From: Candidatus Microgenomates bacterium
GTDB taxonomy: Bacteria; Patescibacteriota; Microgenomatia; Daviesbacterales; UBA10151
Assembly (NCBI GenBank): GCA_016182045.1
Contig: JACOYE010000013.1
Coordinates: 1-62,628 of the forward strand
Length of the DNA stretch: 62,628 nucleotides
Direction of reading: 5' to 3'
The notes under the pieces were generated by a model. It had not been told where the DNA came from. It searched no databases and saw only the letters and a list, made by a program, of their open reading frames with translations. A program made the translations under genes and the position numbers. Below, piece after piece: positions 54,846-62,628 of this stretch. Position 1 is the stretch's first letter. The number at the start of each line of letters is the position of its first letter.

Positions 54846-54953
54846 AATTTACAATTTTCAATTTAACAATTTACAATGAATTTTCAATATTTAAATTTTC
54901 AAACATTGAAACATTGAAATTTGATTGAAAATTAAAAATTGGTCATTGAAAAT
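54846..54953. repeat. Inverted pair of AATTTTC-type heptamer arrays between rplS and rnhB
   Basis: Left AATTTAC/AATTTTC units, right TTGAAAA/CATTGAAA units (reverse-complement family). Confidence 0.8.
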
Positions 54954-54960
54954 TTCTTCA

Positions 54961-55572
54961 ATGGTTACTCCCACTTTAGATATTGAGAAGACACTTTGGA
55001 ATTCAGGTTACACCTATATTTGCGGACTAGATGAAGTAGGCAGAGGCTCGTTTGCCGGACCGGTTTGTGCAGGAGCTGTCATTTTCCCTAAAAATTGCAA
55101 GTTGATGGATGGTGTTTTAGATTCCAAGTTATTGAAGCCCAGACAAAGAGAGCAGTTAGCTAAAGATATTAAGAATAAAGCATTAGCATGGTCTGTTGCG
55201 GAAGTGGGAGTAGCCAAGATTAACAAGATTGGTATCGGTAAAACAACTCAGATGGCTTTCAGAAAAGCTGTTAAGCTGCTGGAAAAGAACCCTGATTACA
55301 TTTTAATAGATGCTTTTTATATTAAACACTTAAACAGGAAAAAGCAGAAAGCTGTTAAGGATGGAGATAAAATTTGTGCCTCCATTGCTGCGGCCTCCAT
55401 AATTGCCAAAGTGCATAGAGATAAGTTAATGAAAAAACTTAATCGTAAATATCCCCACTATGGTTTTGGAAAACATAAAGGGTATGGCACAAAAAGACAT
55501 CAGGAAGCTATTAAGAAATATGGATTAAGTAGAATTCACAGAACCTCTTTTGACTTGCAGAAGTTTCTTTAA
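54961..55572 (+). CDS. rnhB: Ribonuclease HII
   Basis: GLDEVGRG, DSK, LIDA, GDKICASIAAASIIAKV, HKGYGT, HRTSF. Confidence 0.96.
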   Translation: MVTPTLDIEKTLWNSGYTYICGLDEVGRGSFAGPVCAGAVIFPKNCKLMDGVLDSKLLKPRQREQLAKDIKNKALAWSVAEVGVAKINKIGIGKTTQMAFRKAVKLLEKNPDYILIDAFYIKHLNRKKQKAVKDGDKICASIAAASIIAKVHRDKLMKKLNRKYPHYGFGKHKGYGTKRHQEAIKKYGLSRIHRTSFDLQKFL

Positions 55573-55587
55573 TCTGTCATTCTGAAC

Positions 55588-55953
55588 GTGATGATAACTA
55601 CTAAACCTAAAGGTAACTATGGGGAGGATTTAGCTTGTGAATATTTGAAAAAGCATGGTTACAAGATTTTGGAGAGAAACTTTAGGATCAGGGGTGGGGA
55701 AATAGATATTGTTGCCAAAGATGATGACTATTTGGTGTTTGTGGAGGTTAAAACCCGCTGGTCTGATGAATATGGTCCTCCGGCCGAATCGATGACTCCC
55801 TGGAAAATTAGATATTTATTAAAAACAGCTCAATTTTATTTATTAAAAATTGATTGGGGTGATAAACCATTCAGATTAGATTTTGTTTCTGTTGATTTTT
55901 CAGATGATGGAAATAAGCCGACAATAGAATTAATTAAAAATATTACTTCTTAG
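55588..55953 (+). CDS. yraN: YraN (UPF0102) nuclease-fold protein
   Basis: GEDLACEYL, GGEIDIVA, VFVEVKTR, RLDFV. Confidence 0.92.
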   Translation: MMITTKPKGNYGEDLACEYLKKHGYKILERNFRIRGGEIDIVAKDDDYLVFVEVKTRWSDEYGPPAESMTPWKIRYLLKTAQFYLLKIDWGDKPFRLDFVSVDFSDDGNKPTIELIKNITS

Positions 55954-56854
55954 GCTTTCTTTGGTTTTCTCCCACGGCAAAGGGAATTTCTTCCCAATCG
56001 TGTACTTTGCGGATCTTTTTGTTAATATTCCAGACAGTTTCCAAAAGTTTGGGTTGAATACCCAAATCTTTGGCCCGGCCAATTAAAGCTACCATGTCTT
56101 TGGGGAAACATTTTCCACCAAAACCACGGGAAGTTGTGACATCCATATGACTGCCGCCAATCCTTCTATCTGCCGCCACCATGCTTTTGACTTCCTCATA
56201 TTTGATACCCAAGACTTGACAAATATCAAACATCTCATTGGCAAATATTACCTTGGTGGAAAGAAAGGCATTGGCCATATATTTGACCATCTCAGCCGTG
56301 GTAGTATCTGTTTGGAAGATTTTCATATGAGGGAATCTTTGACGGAATAGGGCAATCACCCGTCTTGAGGTTAAATCATTGTTGGCGCCAATGACAGTAC
56401 GATCGGCATTTATAAAGTCTTCTAAATAATTGGCCTCAGTTAAAAATTCCGGATTAAAACAAAAATTACTCTTGGGATACCTTTTTTCAAAATTGGCAGT
56501 GGTGCCGGGAACTATAGTAGACTTAATGACAATAATTTTGTCCGTTCCATTAGTCATCTTGGTAATTTGGGCAATTGTATCTTCAATGATAGATAAATCA
56601 ATTCCTGATTCGTCCGCTCTCATTGGTGTGGGCAGACAGATAAAGATAAATTCTGAATCACTCACCACATCCTCTAAGGGAGAGCTCTCTTTAAACTTAT
56701 CGTAATATTTGATGTGGTATTTATCGGCAACTTCTGGCTGAGAAAACCCGTAAGCTAAAGCTTGGCCAACAATGCCAAAGCCGATAATGCCAATATCAGC
56801 GGGAGAAATCCAGTCGGCAGATATCATGGAACCGTTTGGTTTGGTATTTGCCAT
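55943..56854 (-). CDS. UDP-glucose/GDP-mannose dehydrogenase family, short form
   Basis: GFGIVG, ICLPTP, IKSTIVPGT, NPEFLTE, KYMAN, GFGGKCFPKD. No C-terminal domain. Confidence 0.9.
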   Translation of the reverse strand: MANTKPNGSMISADWISPADIGIIGFGIVGQALAYGFSQPEVADKYHIKYYDKFKESSPLEDVVSDSEFIFICLPTPMRADESGIDLSIIEDTIAQITKMTNGTDKIIVIKSTIVPGTTANFEKRYPKSNFCFNPEFLTEANYLEDFINADRTVIGANNDLTSRRVIALFRQRFPHMKIFQTDTTTAEMVKYMANAFLSTKVIFANEMFDICQVLGIKYEEVKSMVAADRRIGGSHMDVTTSRGFGGKCFPKDMVALIGRAKDLGIQPKLLETVWNINKKIRKVHDWEEIPFAVGENQRKPKK

Positions 56855-56887
56855 TTACTCTAAAGAGTATAAAATGGTTGTGGTGGT

Positions 56888-57298
56888 ATGTCAATGAGAG
56901 TTATTAAAAAAGTAGCTTTGGCTCACTTTAAAGATAAAAAAATGCTTCAAGTTAGAACCGGGAAACAAGACAAAGTGTTTTACACCCTAGGAGGTAAACT
57001 TAAGGAGGGGGAATCTGATATTGATTGTTTAAAAAGAGAGGTTTGGGAGGAAATTGGTTGTAAGATTGATGAGTCCTCATTAAAATATTTAACTACTTTT
57101 GAAGATGTGGCTCATGGCAAAGAGGAGACGCTACTTAATATCAGACTCTATGAAGGAGAATTAATTGGTAAACCAAAACCATCCTCGGAGGTTGTGGAAA
57201 TAGGCTATTTTGACACCACCTCTCCCAAAAAATACTTATCCACAATTGCCCAAAGAACAATTTTCCCCTGGTTAAAAAAGCATGGATTTATAAATTGA
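56888..57298 (+). CDS. NUDIX hydrolase
   Basis: GGKLKEGESDIDCLKREVWEEIG Nudix box. Confidence 0.93.
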   Translation: MSMRVIKKVALAHFKDKKMLQVRTGKQDKVFYTLGGKLKEGESDIDCLKREVWEEIGCKIDESSLKYLTTFEDVAHGKEETLLNIRLYEGELIGKPKPSSEVVEIGYFDTTSPKKYLSTIAQRTIFPWLKKHGFIN

Positions 57299-57317
57299 GA
57301 TAAAATTTTTATGGCTC

Positions 57318-57346
57318 TTGACAACTGGTGTATCTTAGTTTAGATT
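57318..57346 (+). promoter_or_regulatory. Promoter of the 22-aa-repeat gene (leaderless)
   Basis: TTGACA (57318) -17- TAGATT (57341) -6 nt- ATG. Confidence 0.8.
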
Positions 57347-57352
57347 ATAATC

Positions 57353-57913
57353 ATGTCTGCTTTAACAGCTGCTGTTAAAAATACACTGACCTCCTTACTT
57401 TCCGGAGCTTCGGATGTGGTATCTACCGCCCAAGGCGTAGCCAAAGATAACGTGATTCAGGCAATCAAAGGGGTGGGAGAGGTGGCAACCTCGGGTACTG
57501 CCGCAATTTCCGATGTAGTGACAGGCGGTATAGAGGCTTTGTCTTCTGCCGGATCTTCTGTAACTGAGGGTGTGGTGGGGTTGGTCAGAGGTGCTGTGGA
57601 TGGAGCAAAAGAGGTAGGTGTTGACACGACGGAAGCAGCAGGAGAGGCAGCCTCAACAGCTGTTAAAACTGTTGCAAATTTTGGCGGAGATGTGGGTGAG
57701 ACTGCAGTGTCGGCTGTCAAAGGATCAATTGATGCGGCAGGGGATATTGGGGGTGATACTGCCACTTTGGCAAAAAGTGCGGTTTTGGGAGCTATCAGAG
57801 CTGCAGATGAGATAGGATCAGAAGCGGGAGCCACAGTCAGAAAAGCCTTACTTAATGCGGCAGCACTACCCCATGACATTATAGATGCCCTCTTGACAGG
57901 TAAAACAGAGTAA
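57353..57913 (+). CDS. Ala/Gly/Val-rich protein of about seven 22-aa amphipathic repeats
   Basis: Repeats such as TAVSAVKGSIDAAGDIGGDTAT / LAKSAVLGAIRAADEIGSEAGA. Dedicated promoter. Confidence 0.85.
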   Translation: MSALTAAVKNTLTSLLSGASDVVSTAQGVAKDNVIQAIKGVGEVATSGTAAISDVVTGGIEALSSAGSSVTEGVVGLVRGAVDGAKEVGVDTTEAAGEAASTAVKTVANFGGDVGETAVSAVKGSIDAAGDIGGDTATLAKSAVLGAIRAADEIGSEAGATVRKALLNAAALPHDIIDALLTGKTE

Positions 57914-57944
57914 TTCTCTTTTTATGGTTACTGTTCTGGTTAGT

Positions 57945-58553
57945 TTATTCAACTACTTCTTCTCCTTCGAAAATGACATCCGAGGAGTCTGATGTCCCTT
58001 GTGAGGCAGTTGTGTCTGGCGAAACAAAGGTAAATTCAGCCAGAATCCCCTCATATACTTTCATCCAAAAATCCTGCTCTATCAAAGGTAGCTCAATAGT
58101 GAAAAGTACTCCCTGATCTAAAGCTGCGGTGAGTAATCTATCAGAAGTTCTCACCTCTAACCCGTTAAGATTTCCCAATCTCACCTCTTTGGAGATATTA
58201 TCAGGAGGAATTTTGTTTTCTTTCAACCAGTCATCTAAAGAGGTAAATTTGCTGTCAGTAATTTTTATGGTAATACTGCCATTGACATCCTGAGAAAATA
58301 GTTGTAAATCTGCATATGTAGTGGTGTCCTCTATTTCTGCTTTGGAAATAGACAGATTATCCGGATAACTAAAGCTAAAGCCGGAAGGATCTGTATATTC
58401 AATATAAGTTTGTGAAGGTTTAACTTCCTTCACAGTTTTAACAAGGTTAGATTGCGGACTGGACAAAGGATTTTGTTGCCTAAGATAAAGTAAGATTAGA
58501 CCTATAACTGTTAATCCTACAGCCCCAGCTAAGAGAATAATTTTTTTCTTCAC
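57945..58553 (-). CDS. Membrane-anchored hypothetical protein (PsbP/Mog1-like fold suspected)
   Basis: TM, then YTDPSGFSFSYP. TGtTATACT 7 nt before GTG. Confidence 0.8.
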   Translation of the reverse strand: MKKKIILLAGAVGLTVIGLILLYLRQQNPLSSPQSNLVKTVKEVKPSQTYIEYTDPSGFSFSYPDNLSISKAEIEDTTTYADLQLFSQDVNGSITIKITDSKFTSLDDWLKENKIPPDNISKEVRLGNLNGLEVRTSDRLLTAALDQGVLFTIELPLIEQDFWMKVYEGILAEFTFVSPDTTASQGTSDSSDVIFEGEEVVE

Positions 58554-58602
58554 TAAATTCAGTATAACATGGTATGCTAGTCACATATGTTAATTAATAT
58601 CT

Positions 58603-59037
58603 ATGAATAAACGGTTTCTTTTCCTTATCATTTTACTTACGATGCTTCTTTTCCCTAAAAATACAGAGGCAAAAGTTCTTCCTCAATCTGTTAAAGCTGC
58701 TCCCAAACAGGCAGTGACAAAATCAGCTGGTACAACTATTACAGTTTCTCCCAGACTTCGATCAGATAGAAAAGCTTTAATTATCAATTTCTCCAATCTG
58801 CAAAATGCCAAGAGTGTTTCTTATATGTTAGTATACAAGACAGCCATTCAGGAGGAGGCAGCTATGGGTGCGCTCAATTTAGCTGGAGCAACAGGTGATA
58901 GATCTGAGCTGCTGTTTGGTACCTGTTCAAAAAATGTTTGTAGATACCACAACAACATTAAAGATGCCAGGTTTGAGGTTTCCTATACTGCCAAAACAGG
59001 TAAAAAATACCTTAAAAAATTCAAAATAAAAGTCTAG
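58603..59037 (+). CDS. Secreted hypothetical protein (FGTCSKNVC family)
   Basis: Signal peptide ending ...TEA-K. Motif ELLFGTCSKNVCRY shared with 6178-7071. Confidence 0.85.
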   Translation: MNKRFLFLIILLTMLLFPKNTEAKVLPQSVKAAPKQAVTKSAGTTITVSPRLRSDRKALIINFSNLQNAKSVSYMLVYKTAIQEEAAMGALNLAGATGDRSELLFGTCSKNVCRYHNNIKDARFEVSYTAKTGKKYLKKFKIKV

Positions 59038-59111
59038 TACCGCGTACGGGAGTCGAACCCGTGATTTCTGGGATGAAAGCCCAGTGTCCTAGGCCACTAG
59101 ACGAACGCGGC
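59038..59111 (-). tRNA. tRNA-Glu(TTC)
   Basis: GCCGCGT...CTGGG-CTTTCAT-CCCAG...GGGTTCGACTCCC-GTACGCGGT-A. Confidence 0.95.
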
Positions 59112-59177
59112 GATCAAACTCGCCAGCCGAATCAGACTCGGTGGCATGCATCAAAATTATATCCCAGAGCGGAGGGG

Positions 59178-59945
59178 TTATTCAACTAAGATAGAGGCGC
59201 TCATAACATCTGCATGAGCGCTGCAGTGGTAAGGATAGATTCCCGGTTGGTTAAAAACTAGGGAAAATTGATCTCCATTTTTGAGAGCCTTGGAGTTTTG
59301 ATCTGGGTAATAAGTGTGGGCTGGGTGAGAATCGGTATTAATGTAATGCTCAACATCGTCATCATTGACCCAGGTGACCTTGGTCCCTTTGGAAATTTTG
59401 ACGTATCTAGGATCAAAGGCAATATTTTTAAGATTGATAGTGACTTGTTTTTGACCTGTCATGTCAATATAAACTGAGGATTGCCTTCGATCAATTTTAA
59501 ATTGAAAATTACCGTCATGACAGGATTTGTCCGGCCAGCAAGCTTTGTAAATTATATTGTAGATTCCATCTAGGGAATTGGAGTCCATACCTCTCCTCAA
59601 CGACAGTTTATTGGAATCAATGATGGTTTCGCCTATGCCATATTCTTTTCCATCCTTGGTGATTGAGATTGACGAAGGTGGAGTTAAATCAAAATTAAAA
59701 TTTATGACCACATTTATGGGTACTCCTGCCAAGACAGAACCATGCTCCGGAGTATTACTCTCATAATGAGCACTTTTTTTAGGATCACTAAATCGTGTGG
59801 TGGTATCTAAAGTCTGAGTTGATTCCTGAGGTGGAGTAAGTTCTGGGGAAGGTGAGGGAGTTGATTTATTACCAATCAGAAAAAATCCTCCTAAAATAGT
59901 GGCCAAAATTGCTATAATGATTCCTACAACTAGTTTATTCATCAA
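59178..59945 (-). CDS. Membrane-anchored CopC-like + cupredoxin fusion
   Basis: HYESNTPEHG..INFNFDL..DKSCHDG (CopC-like). H...YHCSAHADVM (type-1 Cu site). Confidence 0.85.
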   Translation of the reverse strand: MMNKLVVGIIIAILATILGGFFLIGNKSTPSPSPELTPPQESTQTLDTTTRFSDPKKSAHYESNTPEHGSVLAGVPINVVINFNFDLTPPSSISITKDGKEYGIGETIIDSNKLSLRRGMDSNSLDGIYNIIYKACWPDKSCHDGNFQFKIDRRQSSVYIDMTGQKQVTINLKNIAFDPRYVKISKGTKVTWVNDDDVEHYINTDSHPAHTYYPDQNSKALKNGDQFSLVFNQPGIYPYHCSAHADVMSASILVE

Positions 59946-60000
59946 ACTTACCCTATCAAATTATTCAAATTGAGTCAAATGAAGTATAATATTTGAGTCT

Positions 60001-60072
60001 GGTCCGGTAGCTCAACGGTAGAGCAGTGCCCTTTTAAGGCATTGGTTCAGGGTTCGAATCCCTGCCGGATCA
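60001..60072 (+). tRNA. tRNA-Lys(TTT)
   Basis: GGTCCGG/CCGGATC acceptor, loop CT-TTT-AA. Confidence 0.95.
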
Positions 60073-60167
60073 CAAGTTAACAGTTGTTAAAAATAGATAA
60101 CAGAAGTTAACAGAAACTTATTAATAATTATTGCTAATCGATCAGCTTTCTGAAATACTGTACTTAT

Positions 60168-60929
60168 ATGGAAATCGAGAATACAAACCAACAACAAGTA
60201 CCCATTCAGAATCCTATTCAAAACCAATCAACTCCTTTAACAAGTCAATCCAACCTATCTAAAAAGATTGTAATAATCCTAGCTATTATTGTTGCCCTTT
60301 CTGCTTTTGGAGTAGGTGGATATTTTTTGGGAGCAAATAAAAATCAAACAATACCTCAACCTCAACAAGCTGTAGCTCCATCCATAGTTACTCAACCCTC
60401 TCCCACAAACACTCCGAACTCTGCTGAAGATTCTACAACTTCTACTTGGAAGACATATCAAGATTCAAAATACGGTTTTAGTTTCAGATATCCTTCTAAT
60501 GCTCAAATTAGCACCGGAACAGTTGCTAGCATGCTATCTCGTCAAGAAGATAATGGTATCAATATTAAACCTCCTTACGAAGCACCATATGATAAGTGGT
60601 GGACGATGGATTTGGTAGTTAGAGACAATCCTCAGGGCACTGATGCACAAATGATTATCAATAATTACATTGAGGAACTTAAAAAAACTTGTAGTCCTCC
60701 AGCATGTGGTACTCCTACAATGATTCAGAATACCCTAAAATCCTACCAGAATGGAGTAGTTAATGGATACATTTTTCATATTGGTGCAGAAACAGATTCT
60801 GCAATGGTAGTTTTAACTAGAGGAAACAAAACATACGTATTTAGAATGAGTGGAGATCAAGGGTATGTTACTGATTCAGGATTAAAAATCTTTGATCAGA
60901 TTCTTTCTACTTTCAAATTCACTAATTAA
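60168..60929 (+). CDS. Membrane-anchored hypothetical protein, P/S/T linker and PsbP-like ectodomain
   Basis: Q/P-rich N-terminus, TM, WKTYQDSKYGFSFRYP, C-terminal FDQILSTFKF. Confidence 0.85.
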   Translation: MEIENTNQQQVPIQNPIQNQSTPLTSQSNLSKKIVIILAIIVALSAFGVGGYFLGANKNQTIPQPQQAVAPSIVTQPSPTNTPNSAEDSTTSTWKTYQDSKYGFSFRYPSNAQISTGTVASMLSRQEDNGINIKPPYEAPYDKWWTMDLVVRDNPQGTDAQMIINNYIEELKKTCSPPACGTPTMIQNTLKSYQNGVVNGYIFHIGAETDSAMVVLTRGNKTYVFRMSGDQGYVTDSGLKIFDQILSTFKFTN

Positions 60930-61181
60930 AGTAAATTATTTATCTATTATGAATACTTATACATTTTTCAGACCAAATAAATAAGCAAATTCTGAGTTTA
61001 GACCGTCAGATAGGAATAAATTGAAGAATTCTCGCAGTCTGTGCAATATCTCGTGAGGATCACAGGATGATATAAGTTTTTTGGCACTAATTTAGCTTCA
61101 GGATTTTACTAAAAATCCATTATTTTTGAGCCTATAACCAAGAACCCAAGCGGGATTCGAACTCATGTTTAGATTGTTGTA

Positions 61182-61352
61182 TCAATCTTCTTTATTTTCC
61201 AGGTCCGGATCACCAATATCCCCTTCCCAGTTGTCTCCATAAAAATACTGCATTAAACCACAACAAAGTTGATAAACAAAAGTCTGTATTCCTTTTAATT
61301 CTTCATAAGATGCATTAGGATAGTATTTTCTGATTACATCAAGTGGTAACAT
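61182..61352 (-). CDS. 56-aa hypothetical protein (below the ORF-track cut-off)
   Basis: MLPLDVIRKYYPNASYEELKGIQTFVYQLCCGLMQYFYGDNWEGDIGDPDLENKED*, preceded by an AGGGGGTGA RBS-like tract. Confidence 0.6.
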   Translation of the reverse strand: MLPLDVIRKYYPNASYEELKGIQTFVYQLCCGLMQYFYGDNWEGDIGDPDLENKED

Positions 61353-61423
61353 TCTCAATTATCACCCCCTTAGAAATACTCGAAATTCGTCCTAATTCTC
61401 TAAAAATGATAAAATGAATCCTG

Positions 61424-62628
61424 ATGAAACAAATTTTTGCCGCAGTTTTTGTAATCATAGTCATTATCAGTTTTATCGTAGTAGCGTTCACTTTAACCCA
61501 AGTTCAGCAGGAGGAGCAAAGACTGAAAGATGGCCTTGAGCAGAGATCCATATTACTTGCCGAGAGCTTAAAAGAAACAGTCCAGCCGAATTTTATTAAC
61601 AAATCAGATCAGCAATTACAAAAATTAGTTGATAAGTTCGAAGATAAACAGAGATTGGCTGGTATGGCTATTTACGACAATAAGGGAGATACTATCGCAA
61701 CCTCCTCGAGTCTGATTGCAAATGTATTAAAAACCCAAAAAATTGCTGAAGAAGCTATGGATTCAGATGCGGTAAATGGGGATTTTGTAGAGTTAACTAA
61801 TGAAAAAATGTATCTTTTAGCCACCCCGCTGCATGATCAAGGAAGTGTAGTGGGCGCGCTAATGATCGCTCAAGATGCCAGCTATATCGATACCAGATTA
61901 AATGAAATTTGGAGAACTAATCTTTTGAGGCTGTTTATCCAGGCATCTTTGATATCTATAGCAATCCTGCTTATTATCCGTTGGCTCATCTATGAACCTA
62001 TACGAGGTTTAGTAAAATTTTTAAAATTAGCCAGAACGGGAGACCTGGAACAAAACTTTCCCAGTTTACCTACTAACTTTTTCTTCAGACCGCTCATTAA
62101 AGAAATTTCAAATATCAGAGGAAGCCTGATGGAGGCAAGAATTACAGCAAACGAGGAAGCAAAGTTGGGACTTCAAAAATTAGACTCCCCCTGGACCGAA
62201 CAACGCTTAAAAGTATTTATTAAGGACGTTTTAAAAGACAGGACTATTTTTATGGTTTCCAATAGAGAGCCATATATTCACACGAAAAGAGGGAGGAACA
62301 TTAATTATTACATTCCCGCAAGCGGCATGGTAACTGCAATTGAGCCAATCATGCAGGCCTGTGGAGGAATGTGGATCGCCCAGGGAAGCGGTGATGCTGA
62401 TAAGCTAACAGTTGATCAAAACGATAAGTTAAGAGTCCCTCCTGATGAACCTAAATATACCCTCAAAAGAATCTGGCTGACCGAAAAAGAAGAAACAGGG
62501 TACTACTACGGCTTTTCCAATGAAGGTTTATGGCCTCTTTGTCATATAGCCTATACCCGGCCTACTTTTAAAAAAGAAGACTGGGAGGAATATAAAAAAG
62601 TAAACGGCAAATTTGCGCAGACTATTCT
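61424..62628 (+). CDS. otsA: Two-TM sensor-like domain fused to trehalose-6-phosphate synthase (GT20); runs off the window end, so absent from the ORF track
   Basis: Open frame to the end. TM1, about 130-aa ectodomain, TM2, EP linker, then VSNREPY, SGMVTA, WIAQG, YYYGFSNEGLWPLCH, WEEYKKVN (OtsA signatures). Confidence 0.9.
   Translation, partial: MKQIFAAVFVIIVIISFIVVAFTLTQVQQEEQRLKDGLEQRSILLAESLKETVQPNFINKSDQQLQKLVDKFEDKQRLAGMAIYDNKGDTIATSSSLIANVLKTQKIAEEAMDSDAVNGDFVELTNEKMYLLATPLHDQGSVVGALMIAQDASYIDTRLNEIWRTNLLRLFIQASLISIAILLIIRWLIYEPIRGLVKFLKLARTGDLEQNFPSLPTNFFFRPLIKEISNIRGSLMEARITANEEAKLGLQKLDSPWTEQRLKVFIKDVLKDRTIFMVSNREPYIHTKRGRNINYYIPASGMVTAIEPIMQACGGMWIAQGSGDADKLTVDQNDKLRVPPDEPKYTLKRIWLTEKEETGYYYGFSNEGLWPLCHIAYTRPTFKKEDWEEYKKVNGKFAQTI

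Noticed and set aside
2633-60461. The many 60-170 aa ORFs nested antisense or out of frame in recognised genes (e.g. 8557-9072, 37405-37866, 57457-57879)
   Set aside because: They are shadows of well-supported genes, with no motifs or start signals.
61142-61165. A seventh functional tRNA
   Set aside because: The T-stem does not pair, and no D-arm or anticodon arm is present. Kept only as a possible remnant.
1-62628. Stop-codon reassignment (code 25, TGA=Gly, as in Gracilibacteria/Absconditabacteria)
   Set aside because: Conserved genes end correctly at TGA (e.g. 2103, 8562, 30118, 50829) and contain no in-frame TGA. The single HAD TAA is isolated.

Overview
A 62.6-kb chromosomal stretch of a low-GC bacterium using genetic code 11. 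Gene content and style point to a Candidate Phyla Radiation (Patescibacteria, most likely Microgenomates) genome, which is an inference. It holds a glycosylation locus end, recO and glyQS, then a dcw cluster (mraZ-rsmH-ftsL-ftsI-murE-murB'-murA-murF-mraY-ftsW-murG-ftsQ-ftsA-ftsZ) interrupted by a small DUF2795-like gene, a HAD pseudogene and a RAYT transposase with its own REPs. Next come a PaaX/Cas2-fold gene bracketed by two 32-bp palindromic direct repeats, ileS, rodA, rplU, rpmA, parB, lepB, a wzm/wzt/GT2 glycan module and an acpS-MFS-(acyl-AMP ligase/ACP/acyltransferase) operon. The rest holds a TMTC-like gene, a LysM gene, polX, lemA, htpX, gatC-gatA(broken)-gatB, dnaE, rplS, rnhB, yraN, several surface proteins and the 5' part of a membrane-sensor/trehalose-6-P-synthase fusion. 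Six tRNAs are present (Val-CAC, Gly-CCC, Thr-CGT, Asp-GTC, Glu-TTC, Lys-TTT). The most striking signals are the repeat-bounded PaaX/Cas2-fold cassette, the candidate lipid-scavenging operon, REP-like hairpins inserted in frame into essential genes, inverted period-7 arrays, and pervasive leaderless gene starts. No CRISPR array or rRNA was seen. All family assignments come from motif recognition by eye, with no database search.
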